From a plasmid, in sequence record NZ_CP049149.1: a stretch of DNA of 64,000 nucleotides. One strand, 5' to 3'. The notes below the pieces were generated by a model, which did no database searches, was not told where the DNA came from, and saw only the letters and a list, made by a program, of their open reading frames with translations. The translations under genes were made by a program, and so were the position numbers. Shown piece after piece: positions 29,272 to 37,721 of this stretch (its first letter is position 1; each line of letters begins with the position of its first letter).

Positions 29272-29775
29272 ATGGGGAGAAATACACGGATGGAAGTCGA
29301 GATATGTGGTGTTGCAAATGTGCCGGAACTAGCCCATCTTTTTGTTGAAATGGAGGATTATTACTTCGGTCGCGGCGTTGTCAGCTATGAGGATATGAGC
29401 GCTTATCTTGCTGACAAAGTATTCTCTACTTATTCAGGCGTTACGGTTGTTGGTGCTCGTAAAAAAGGAGAGCTTGTTGGATTTGCCACTTTTTCGCTGA
29501 TGTTCCCCGCGCCGCTTTGTTCCGGTCAGGCATTTATGAAGGAGATCTTTATATCAGAAGCGGTACGAGGCCAAGGTGTCGGTAAATCGCTAATTAGGTT
29601 TATCGCAAACTTTGCCCTCAAACACGGTTGTTCACGCCTTGACTGGACTGCGGAGAAGTCCAATCCGAAAGCCGGAGAGTTTTACTTGTCCATTGGTGCC
29701 ACTCTAATTGAAGAAAAACAGTACTTTAGGCTGGAGGGGAAGGATCTCGAGACGTTTTCTTCACTCGCTGAGTGA
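29272..29775 (+). CDS. GNAT-family N-acetyltransferase
   Basis: acetyl-CoA motif A RGQGVGKSLIRFIANFA; ~45% GC; alternative ATG at 29290 has better SD. Confidence 0.7.
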   Translation: MGRNTRMEVEICGVANVPELAHLFVEMEDYYFGRGVVSYEDMSAYLADKVFSTYSGVTVVGARKKGELVGFATFSLMFPAPLCSGQAFMKEIFISEAVRGQGVGKSLIRFIANFALKHGCSRLDWTAEKSNPKAGEFYLSIGATLIEEKQYFRLEGKDLETFSSLAE

Positions 29776-29866
29776 GTATCAGAATAGGGCGCACTTTTGA
29801 TGTTATGATTATTTCTCGTCAATTTGTTAATAGTTAACGTAAAGATACGGAGAGTGGAATAAACAA

Positions 29867-30271
29867 ATGACAATTTTAGTGACGATACAGAGCCAACTTG
29901 TTGTTGGTGAGGCGCAGGTGATAAAGAGCTTGGCTCCTGAAGGGATGTTGGCAGCCGTTTTCGAGGACGATGGTGAAACCGGGTATTTCTACGCTCTTGA
30001 TGAGTCTGTCGACGGCAACGCCATTCAAGACGCAGTACATATTTACAACGTAGAAGATATTGCGGATGGAGATATCCCTTCTGACGTTAAAATCGGCTGG
30101 TCTCAAGATAGTCAGAAGTGCGTGCTTCTGATCAACGGTTATCCCTACGGGGTGTTCGATTTCGTGGGCAAAAACGGGTATTGCAGAAGTGGCTTTCCTC
30201 CACCGATTAATGATACATGGTCGGCATCCGGTCATGAGTGGAGCGACGCAGTGGATGATTTTTTTCGATGA
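29867..30271 (+). CDS. hypothetical acidic protein (134 aa) downstream of GNAT
   Basis: GGAGAGTGG SD; the fully overlapping minus-strand ORF has no RBS. Confidence 0.5.
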   Translation: MTILVTIQSQLVVGEAQVIKSLAPEGMLAAVFEDDGETGYFYALDESVDGNAIQDAVHIYNVEDIADGDIPSDVKIGWSQDSQKCVLLINGYPYGVFDFVGKNGYCRSGFPPPINDTWSASGHEWSDAVDDFFR

Positions 30272-30524
30272 ATCCAAGCAAGCCTAGCATCTGCCGTTAT
30301 GCTTCTAATATTAAGCACTTATATGGGAGGTCGCTTCTTGCATCGATATATCTATACTGTTTGCGACATTTCGGTTGAGTGTTTGATAAGGTTCCATTGA
30401 TAATAAAACCCAAATGGTAAAGACCGTTCGTAAAGTAAGGCCAATCTTGTGGCCTTAAACAAATTGTTTTCACCCACTAGTTATTATCCCATCATTTAAA
30501 ATTGCCCTTTTCTGAACGCACGGA

Positions 30525-30544
30525 TACTGTTTGTATATACAGTA
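30525..30544. promoter_or_regulatory. LexA (SOS) box candidate
   Basis: TACTGTTTGTATATACAGTA = CTGT-N8-ACAG matching 18/20 of consensus TACTGTATATATATACAGTA, 18 nt upstream of ATG 30562. Confidence 0.5.
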
Positions 30545-30561
30545 TTCAGGGTGGAAAAAAG

Positions 30562-30828
30562 ATGGGCGGCAAAGACAGCAACTACCAGATCGTTTATCGC
30601 GGCGAGACGCTTCAGTGCCTCAAGCCTGGGCAATATGTCTTCTTTCAGCGGCTGAAAGAGTATGGCGGAGGATTCTGGTTGGGAAAAACCTACGAAGATG
30701 GCTTTGAGTTTGTGCTGGAGTGGCCAACCTCTCTGAGTGAGGGGCTGCTGTATCTGATGTCACTTGAGCGCATGGAGGCGAACTATCTTGAGTTTGTTAA
30801 TGACATCGATGATTTTAAGCTGACCTGA
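30562..30828 (+). CDS. small hypothetical protein (88 aa), putatively SOS-regulated
   Basis: ATG 30562 behind LexA-like box. Confidence 0.5.
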   Translation: MGGKDSNYQIVYRGETLQCLKPGQYVFFQRLKEYGGGFWLGKTYEDGFEFVLEWPTSLSEGLLYLMSLERMEANYLEFVNDIDDFKLT

Positions 30829-30910
30829 CAACCTCAGGCATCTTTTTAATGCCGTATGTGATTTGAGATAATAACACACACAAGAAAACAATTTGTTTAA
30901 GGAGGTTCCC

Positions 30911-31147
30911 CTGTTCGGAACCACGGGCGAAATCATTGAGAAGCTGGAGAACTATCCGGAAAACAATTTTCTTCTGATGGTCATGTGGCACAAGTAAGGC
31001 GTAAGCTAGGTTCGACCGGATCTGACAGACGAGCAGTGCGTACAGGTGATGCGTAAAATCAAGGACTTCCATGATGGGAATGTGGGCGTGAATTGGGATG
31101 TTATCGCTAACACGGCCGATATCCTGTTTCTGAAGGAGAAGGCGTGA
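30911..31147 (+). pseudogene. decayed small gene (no ATG start, in-frame TAA and TAG)
   Basis: perfect promoter repeat + AAGGAGG SD at 30855-30903 but first in-frame codon is CTG; frame continues through TAA (30995) and TAG (31007) to TGA 31145 with protein-like sequence on both sides. Confidence 0.3.
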
Positions 31148-31464
31148 TGCTGACATTCAACGAATCCTATAAGACGGCTGTGATCGGCACCGCCCATGTC
31201 ACGGGCAAAGACTTTTAGCTGCTGCCTGTCGTGTGCTTTGACCCATTGACCGATCGCGGACTGAATTGGGTACACGGCACACAGTACGGCTGGATTGTTC
31301 GTGCGGGAATTCGAGGGAATGACTGGAGGGAAGAATTGCATGAGTACGGCATTTCGAAAGAGACGATCTCAAACACACAGACCATACTAGATGCCGGATA
31401 TGACGCGGTACATTTTGACAGTGATGTGGAGCTGGTGGATGGGATACCGGCATGGGATTGGTAA
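31147..31464 (+). pseudogene. small gene interrupted by in-frame amber codon
   Basis: ATG 31147 overlaps previous stop (TGATG); same frame runs to 31464 apart from TAG at 31216-31218. Confidence 0.35.
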
Positions 31465-31477
31465 GGGAGAGAAAAAG

Positions 31478-31672
31478 ATGACGGCAGAAGACGTGATTAA
31501 TGATGTGCTGGTGGAGCTGGGTAAGCTACCTGATCATCTCCTCATAGCCACCGTATTTGACAACATACCTGCTGAGTTAAAGGCCCTGGCCAATGAGTGG
31601 GGATGGATGGATACGGAAGTTAGAGAGCAGCTATATGCGATAGCCTGGCGGATTGTTAACGCGCAACAATAG
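31478..31672 (+). CDS. small hypothetical protein (64 aa)
   Basis: AAGGGAGAG SD before ATG 31478. Confidence 0.45.
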   Translation: MTAEDVINDVLVELGKLPDHLLIATVFDNIPAELKALANEWGWMDTEVREQLYAIAWRIVNAQQ

Positions 31673-31823
31673 CCTGCAACGCGTTGACATTGGTGGTCAC
31701 TAATTGAGGATTTCTATAAGAACTCGTTGATCGCCCTCTTCCCTACTCTCCAACTTCATACACTCCAGGCGCGGCAAGGCTTTTACGCACATAACACCCA
31801 CAAGAAAACAAATAAATAATACA

Positions 31824-32009
31824 TCAATGAAAAGTCAACGCTTTACCCTGATTTGGTCCAAAAAGTTGACGTTTTGCCATGTCACTTCTTATATCCGTTA
31901 AGCAGCGTACCAGAGACCAACACCCTGCGACGAAAACGCCAAAAACGACTCCTGATACCACCACAAAACAGACATGCTCAGAATGGCTCTCGTTGCGTTT
32001 AATGAGCAT
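31824..32009 (-). CDS. small membrane protein candidate (61 aa)
   Basis: minus-strand copy of promoter repeat at 32013-32030 abuts ATG; one TM segment; no SD. Confidence 0.25.
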   Translation of the reverse strand: MLIKRNESHSEHVCFVVVSGVVFGVFVAGCWSLVRCLTDIRSDMAKRQLFGPNQGKALTFH

Positions 32010-32039
32010 ATAAACAAATTGTTTTAGGCATTAAGAAAA

Positions 32040-32640
32040 CAACAAAACAAGATAACGAAGAAAAGGAACTGCCATTACCCACACCCAGGCAATACCCACC
32101 TCTTCCTGCCAGGCTACCGAAAAGACCAACCTCATTGCCCTAGGCTACCGACCCCATGAAGCAAACCTCGAGCACTACCAAAAAGCGACAAGAGAAAGGC
32201 AATTTCTCTGAACGCCATTCCCCCAATACACGGAAGAGATACCCGGGAAGAAACTCCAGACCAGAACAGTCCCCGGCGTCATATCGTTTACCCACTCTTA
32301 CCCCGAAAGATAACGCAAATTCCTGATTAGCAGGGAACGCCATTACTTCACATAAGGAGAACTACAACAGACCAGAAATCACATCACCCACACTTCCACC
32401 TCTCAAGGTAAACGAAAGGAAAAGCGCACACGCCATTACTCCATACACAGAGAAGAACTATCCCCAAAACGAAGAATACAGACCAGAGGAAAACCACAAG
32501 AAAACCATCTCTACAACATCTGCAAAACCACTTACCGGCAGAGAGAAGAAAGTCGCCTTTTCTCCCATACGAATGGTCACCGTATAGAGCGCTAATAAGA
32601 GAGATACGAGTCCCCATAAGAGAGGTTATTCGAGTCAGGA
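32040..32640 (+). other. 600-bp untranslated strongly A+C-rich, G-poor tract with degenerate direct repeats
   Basis: G ~15%, C ~30%, A ~40% on coding strand; recurrent ACGCCATTAC and AGACCAGA units; opposite-strand ORFs encode implausible G/T-codon proteins. Confidence 0.5.
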
Positions 32641-32810
32641 AAGAGCACAGATATAAGAGAGAGGGGATGGCGGGGGATCGCTCCCTTTCCCGTATTTATT
32701 CAAGTCATGATTTTATCCCCCGTAACATCCCTGCGGTCGAACGAGTGAAAGGGCTACCGCGAAAATCAATCGGGAGCGTCCCCGCAGGGGAAAGGCTGGC
32801 TGCCTGAGTG

Positions 32811-32843
32811 GAAACGGCTGGAGGTTTTTCGGGAAACGGCTGG
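32811..32843. repeat. iteron-like direct repeats GGAAACGGCTGG x2
   Basis: two copies 21 bp apart; related triplet at 36167-36232; both loci preceded by CTCCCGCAGGG-like sequence. Confidence 0.4.
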
Positions 32844-33080
32844 GTTCCCGTCATGGAAAGGGGGCGTGTCGGTATAGAGACAAAATGCCGCGGGGACGGC
32901 TGATTCTCTGGCGGTACACCGTTTGGTGCGCGGGTGGCTTTCTTCCCGCTGCGCGCAGCTGCTGATACGTATTCTGCCAGAGCGTTCGAGGGTCACAAGC
33001 TGTTTCAGTAGGTTTTAGGGAAGAGGAAAATACTGCTCACCAGCCCTGCGGTGCGCGTTGAGAAGAATAATGTAAAAAGC

Positions 33081-33131
33081 GCTCCCGATACGCTCCCGGA
33101 TACTCACTACTTTTCCAGTTCTCCCCGATAC
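33081..33131. repeat. direct repeats CTCCC(G)GATAC x3 immediately upstream of a promoter repeat
   Basis: copies at 33083, 33094, 33121. Confidence 0.4.
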
Positions 33132-33209
33132 AAAATGCTTTTTAGCCTATGTCTTATTGCGATAATAACACCAACGAGAAAACAACGTGTTTAGACAATG
33201 GAGAAAAAC

Positions 33210-33428
33210 ATGTACAAGCATTTGAACATCAGCATCACCCTTTGCGGAGAAGAGACATGTACTGACGAACTCCAGATCTCTCTGGATGACGTTATCCGCT
33301 CTGCGGATGTCGCTGGGCGCATTGGTACGTTGATTGGCGAAGGGTATCGCGAGGGCACGTTTGATTTTCATATCGAGGACAACGCAATGTCCGTCGCGTG
33401 GAACTGCACAACGTCAGAGTCCAGATAA
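33210..33428 (+). CDS. small hypothetical protein (72 aa)
   Basis: GGAGA SD 5 nt before ATG 33210; promoter repeat at 33159-33196. Confidence 0.45.
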   Translation: MYKHLNISITLCGEETCTDELQISLDDVIRSADVAGRIGTLIGEGYREGTFDFHIEDNAMSVAWNCTTSESR

Positions 33429-33440
33429 AGGAGGAAGACA

Positions 33441-33653
33441 ATGAATATGCCTGTGATTGTGGAAGTATGGAGCGTGGACTCGCTGGCCGAATGTCTTGAT
33501 GGCGTAGGGCCAGCACTGACCCGTAAATTATGGTCGTTTGTACCAGCTAAGGGAGAGTCACCCAAAGGGAAGGATGTTTGGCACCTGCTGACTGATGAAG
33601 AGAAGCGGGAGCTGGTGGCCGCAGTGAAAGAGGAGTTCCCTGACGAAGATTAA
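33441..33653 (+). CDS. small acidic hypothetical protein (70 aa)
   Basis: AAGGAGGAAGACA SD before ATG. Confidence 0.5.
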   Translation: MNMPVIVEVWSVDSLAECLDGVGPALTRKLWSFVPAKGESPKGKDVWHLLTDEEKRELVAAVKEEFPDED

Positions 33654-33658
33654 CAACG

Positions 33659-33678
33659 GCCACCAGCAGGTGGCTTTT
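33659..33678 (+). terminator. rho-independent terminator
   Basis: GCCACC AGCA GGTGGC + TTTT. Confidence 0.5.
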
Positions 33679-33789
33679 GAGTGATTGTGGCCTGCGGCCA
33701 GCTGAATGCCGGAACGCTTCGCTTGGTGGCCGTTTTCACACTGGTATTATTTACACCAACAAGAAAACAAATTGTTTACGGAGTGTGCA

Positions 33790-34101
33790 ATGAATACCGA
33801 GATGATTTTGAAACTGGATAAGCTCCAGCCTCGCAAAGACAAACCTGCAGTACTCGGTTCGATCACTTTACTGGACATAGTGGCCAACGGCACAGCCATC
33901 CGACTTTTCAAAGAGACCGTTGTCGTCTTCGGCGAAACTTCTCGCAAGCGCATTGTAATGAACGTCCGGCGCTATAGTGCGAAAGGGTGGGTAGCTAAAC
34001 AAGTTATCTGGCCTGAGTCAGATCTGGAGTTGGCTTTACTGGAAGTTAACAAGGTCGCCCAGCAGGAAATTCAACGCGCAACAACCCTCGCCATAGCATA
34101 G
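33790..34101 (+). CDS. small hypothetical protein (103 aa)
   Basis: promoter repeat at 33750-33785 then ATG 33790. Confidence 0.5.
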   Translation: MNTEMILKLDKLQPRKDKPAVLGSITLLDIVANGTAIRLFKETVVVFGETSRKRIVMNVRRYSAKGWVAKQVIWPESDLELALLEVNKVAQQEIQRATTLAIA

Positions 34102-34134
34102 TCATGTGCAACACAGATTAGTCGAATTTACGAC

Positions 34135-34163
34135 AGCCCCGTCGATCCTTCGGGGCTTTTTTG
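34135..34163 (+). terminator. rho-independent terminator
   Basis: AGCCCCG ... CGGGGCT hairpin + TTTTTT. Confidence 0.6.
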
Positions 34164-34220
34164 TATTGTAAGTACTTACCTATGGCGATAGTATTACGAC
34201 GCATTTACATGGAGGTAAAA

Positions 34221-34628
34221 ATGAGTTTGACCAAAGAAGATTTAGTATTTGACCTTTACTACGCATCCAGCACTGACGAAGAAGGCAATAAACTGGCCCA
34301 GCTGACCGTTCAGTTCCGTGATGCATCGGCTGTTCCGCATGTGACTACCCAGCTGGCCCGCACAACTCTTAAGCGTGATCGCTCGAAGGTTTATGCCGTC
34401 GGCGAGCAATCCGTGAAAAATGGTTCGGACACTCTGCTGGCCGCCATTGAAGCCTATTATCGAACAGACCCGAAGACCATTTTCGAAAACCTGATGGCAC
34501 AGGTTCAGGATATGATCGAGGGCAACCTGGGCGCCAACAATACCTGGGTTGGTTCATACGGCATAACCATTGTGTCTGGCGGCTCTCTGGAAGAGTATCT
34601 GCCTGAGTCCGTCTACAACGTCCAGTAA
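34221..34628 (+). CDS. hypothetical protein (135 aa)
   Basis: GGAGGTAAAA SD before ATG 34221; preceded by palindrome GTAAGTACTTACCTAT. Confidence 0.55.
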   Translation: MSLTKEDLVFDLYYASSTDEEGNKLAQLTVQFRDASAVPHVTTQLARTTLKRDRSKVYAVGEQSVKNGSDTLLAAIEAYYRTDPKTIFENLMAQVQDMIEGNLGANNTWVGSYGITIVSGGSLEEYLPESVYNVQ

Positions 34629-34636
34629 ACCAGCCA

Positions 34637-34662
34637 ATGGCGCGTAACCCGCGCCATTTTTC
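34637..34662 (+). terminator. rho-independent terminator
   Basis: ATGGCGCG TAACC CGCGCCAT + TTTTT. Confidence 0.6.
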
Positions 34663-34756
34663 CCCAACCCGTAAACAAGTTGTTTTATACCTTTTCTGAG
34701 TTGCGATAATAACACCAATAAGAAAACAAGTTATTAACGAAGTGGAGGAAATGTTC

Positions 34757-35131
34757 ATGGGACTTGATATCTATATTGAGACGCAGCCAAAAAACGATCT
34801 GAATAACGAGGCATCCAGAAAGCAAGTTGGCTACTTCCGTAAGTTCAATGCTCTCGTTGGGTGGATGAACCGTAACGTAGGTGAAGTTGTAAATTGTGAA
34901 CTTTTAGAAGTTACGATGAATGATATTTGTGCTCTCAAGGCTGATTTGATTCGTCTAAACGAAAGCAATTGTGAAGAGTATCTGCCTACCCAGGAAGGGT
35001 TTTTCTTCGGTAGTCAGGAGTACGATGAAGGGTACTGGAATGACGTGGAAGAGCTGAAAGAGCTTGTGGATGAGCTGATTAAAAATCACGACTTCTACAA
35101 TAACAGACTGACATTTTGCGCCTGGTGGTAA
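34757..35131 (+). CDS. hypothetical protein (124 aa)
   Basis: promoter repeat at 34700-34735, GGAGG SD 8 nt before ATG 34757. Confidence 0.5.
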   Translation: MGLDIYIETQPKNDLNNEASRKQVGYFRKFNALVGWMNRNVGEVVNCELLEVTMNDICALKADLIRLNESNCEEYLPTQEGFFFGSQEYDEGYWNDVEELKELVDELIKNHDFYNNRLTFCAWW

Positions 35132-35133
35132 AT

Positions 35134-35415
35134 ATGACTGATTTCACCATCTCCCCGAAAGCAGAAAACGTATGGCTGGAATCCTGGCTTGACCTGTCGC
35201 CGGCCGAGCAAAAAGAAATGGATTACGTCGAACCGGACGAACAAACCAGCTCCCGCTTCTTCCATTATCAGGATAGCGTTTATGACATTGCCGATTTCAT
35301 GCGCGATGACCGCTTCCCGGAATGGCACGCCGGCTATCCACTGAATGCCTTCGCTATGCTGATGATCCGCGTGACAGATTCAGACGACACCATCGACATC
35401 GGATTACTTCATTGA
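35134..35415 (+). CDS. acidic hypothetical protein (93 aa)
   Basis: ATG 2 nt after previous stop. Confidence 0.5.
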   Translation: MTDFTISPKAENVWLESWLDLSPAEQKEMDYVEPDEQTSSRFFHYQDSVYDIADFMRDDRFPEWHAGYPLNAFAMLMIRVTDSDDTIDIGLLH

Positions 35416-35619
35416 GAGAGGAGAGTCACCGATGCTGGTGGCTCTTAATTACCACCTACTTTCCCCAGGCTAAAAACACCCACCTCTTACCGCCAGGCTA
35501 CCGAACCACCCACCGACTTCCCGACGGCCACCAGCTGCCGAAACAGAACGCTTGGACGCCTCACACCCACTGCGATAATTAAACCAACGAGAAAACAAGT
35601 TGTTTAAAGGATTATCACA

Positions 35620-36102
35620 ATGAACTATATCGCCACTGTAAACACTCCCGCGCATGGCACCATCTCTGTCACATACTCCGACATTGAAAAGAACATCCTG
35701 GGCGCCTGGCGCGAAGAAGAGACCATCCAGCTGTCCGGGAAAGAGAAGCAGCAGATCGCCAAAGACATCATTTGCAACCGTCGATTCACGCGGGTATTTG
35801 AGAAAGCGTATGTGGTAAATTCTGGGTTTGGAACATTTGTCTTCCCGGTGCGCTCCGGGAGATTCTGTCAGTCCAAGCTGACTGAGTTTGCCTCGCAGAT
35901 CGCTATCTGGATTAAGACTCAATCGTCGTTCGATTTTAGCGATGATGAAGCAATAGCGCAGGGTATGCGGATCGCCAACAATGCAATTAAATACAAAAAC
36001 ATCACGTATGCCGCTGGCGTTGACTCATGGAAACTGTTTTGCGCTAACTTTATGCTGAATGTATTCGCCAGCAATCGGATTCACATACTGGCTGGCAAGT
36101 AA
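35620..36102 (+). CDS. hypothetical protein (160 aa)
   Basis: promoter repeat at 35570-35605, AAGGA SD. Confidence 0.55.
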   Translation: MNYIATVNTPAHGTISVTYSDIEKNILGAWREEETIQLSGKEKQQIAKDIICNRRFTRVFEKAYVVNSGFGTFVFPVRSGRFCQSKLTEFASQIAIWIKTQSSFDFSDDEAIAQGMRIANNAIKYKNITYAAGVDSWKLFCANFMLNVFASNRIHILAGK

Positions 36103-36166
36103 GAGGGGAGGGGGCTGGAAATGCCCCTTTCTTTCCGTCCACCAGCTCCCGCAGGGAAGATTTTCA

Positions 36167-36232
36167 GAAACGGCCAGAAGTCCATCAGGACAACCGAAGG
36201 AAACGGCCAGGGAATTTTAGGGAAACGGCTGG
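36167..36232. repeat. iteron-like direct repeats GAAACGGCCAG / GGAAACGGCCAG / GGGAAACGGCTGG
   Basis: three copies spaced 32 and 21 bp in a non-coding region; homologous to 32811-32843 locus. Confidence 0.4.
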
Positions 36233-36690
36233 GGTCGCCTTCAGGTAGAAACAGAGCGGGAGATGCCCAGAATCGTATCAGCCATCACGCGGAAAGAATC
36301 AGCGGAAGCTGGTGGGCGCTTTAACCCCTGAGCCATACAGACAGCTTTCGCTACGTGATTATGTGCATCAGTGGGTAAGCCACCGCCAGCGCGCAGACGT
36401 CGCGCCAACGTGATAATCATATGCCAGCGCCAGCACGTCATGCCAGTATTGCCGACACGCCCCGAAAGAAAGCGCATCGCCACCAGCAGACACCAGCAGC
36501 ACCCATCACCAGACAATCACATCCACAACCACACCAGAAAAGCCATGCGCTAAAACGCAACACCTCGCACTGTGAGCGCTCGTTATTGTGGGTAATGTGT
36601 ATGTATTGGGAAGGAATAAAACGCGTCACAGTGGCGCTTTTTAATGGGTTTATTTTCGTGATAGCTGGTGGAGAAAAGACAATAAAAAAT

Positions 36691-36750
36691 GCGCCATTAT
36701 GGCGCGCTTGATGTGATAAGCAGAAACAAAAAAGCGCCCATAGTGGGCGC
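36691..36750 (-). terminator. two tandem minus-strand rho-independent terminators
   Basis: GCGCCAT T ATGGCGC and GCGCCCA TAG TGGGCGC hairpins, each followed by T-run on minus strand, downstream of 36762-37412. Confidence 0.5.
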
Positions 36751-36761
36751 TCCTTCGTTAG

Positions 36762-37412
36762 TTATGCTTTGAATGCTTCAGCAAGGTAGTTGTAGAAATC
36801 ATTTTTGATAAAGCGATATTGCTGTGATCCGTTTTTCGCTGCGCCCATTCCTTTAATCTTCTCAACCAGTCCGAGACGTTCACACAGGTTGATAAGCTGG
36901 TTGGCTTGCGTATAGCCAGCGTCTGGTTTCAGCTCGTTAACTTTTTTCGCTTCGTTCATCAAATCGTATACAGCACCATTTGTGAACGTGTCGATCTCAT
37001 CATTAATCATTTCAATAAGAGCAAACACGCGAGAGCCAGACATATCTGCAACACTGTAAACGCATTTGCCAGACTTGATAGACTTCACCAGGTAGACAAG
37101 TTTTTCCAATGAATAGCTGTTAGCCATTGCTTCGCGGAAAAAGACTTCTGGCGCTTGTTTGCTTGCTTTAATAGCGTAGTAGAACACACCAGCTAATTTC
37201 TCATCGTTTACAGCGTTCAGCACGTTGTTGGTGAAGTATGCAAGCTTAGTAGTAGCAGCCAACATGTTAGCTTTATCTGCTTTGGTGTGGGTGCCATTCT
37301 GATAATGATTGTTATAAGTCTGTGTAGCGTTATCAGCGTTAATCTGTAATTCGTTAGCGATAACTACAGCAGCGTCGATGATAGCTTTTTTAGAGATAGA
37401 TACGTTAGACAT
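36762..37412 (-). CDS. hypothetical protein (216 aa), AT-rich island
   Basis: minus-strand ORF in low-GC DNA with very AT-rich upstream region 37413-37720. Confidence 0.55.
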   Translation of the reverse strand: MSNVSISKKAIIDAAVVIANELQINADNATQTYNNHYQNGTHTKADKANMLAATTKLAYFTNNVLNAVNDEKLAGVFYYAIKASKQAPEVFFREAMANSYSLEKLVYLVKSIKSGKCVYSVADMSGSRVFALIEMINDEIDTFTNGAVYDLMNEAKKVNELKPDAGYTQANQLINLCERLGLVEKIKGMGAAKNGSQQYRFIKNDFYNYLAEAFKA

Positions 37413-37682
37413 GATTTTAATCCTTATGTAATATTGAAAACTTAATTATTTATTTATCGTTAGCGTGTTTGCTTTCGATGGGTGTAATTATCGATATTCG
37501 GTTTTTTAATGCAAGTACTTTTTCAAAAAAATATAAAAAATTTTCTTCAATAAAAATCAAAGTCTTAGAAATAAATCGCATTTGGTCGAAGGTGTTCCCT
37601 AAATAAATTCCCTGTTCGGTGTTTCGCCCTTATATATTTAATCGGGATGCGGGAAATAAATATAAAGGGGAGTGACACATAA

Positions 37683-37710
37683 AATAATAACCGGACTTAG
37701 CCGGTTATTA
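37683..37710 (-). terminator. minus-strand rho-independent terminator
   Basis: ATAACCGG ACTTAG CCGGTTAT + T-rich on minus strand. Confidence 0.45.
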
Positions 37711-37721
37711 CCCTTATAGAT

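Noticed and set aside
29876-30277. Minus-strand 133-aa ORF
   Set aside because: It is entirely overlapped by the plus-strand 29867-30271 ORF, which has a good SD and protein-like composition. The minus ORF has no SD.
32040-32640. CRISPR-like array
   Set aside because: The repeats are degenerate and irregularly spaced (94-138 bp), with no conserved 28-37-bp unit and no cas genes.
36121-36711. ORFs 36121-36324 and 36421-36711
   Set aside because: They are low-complexity, lack RBS, and are built from iteron repeats and skewed A/C-rich DNA.
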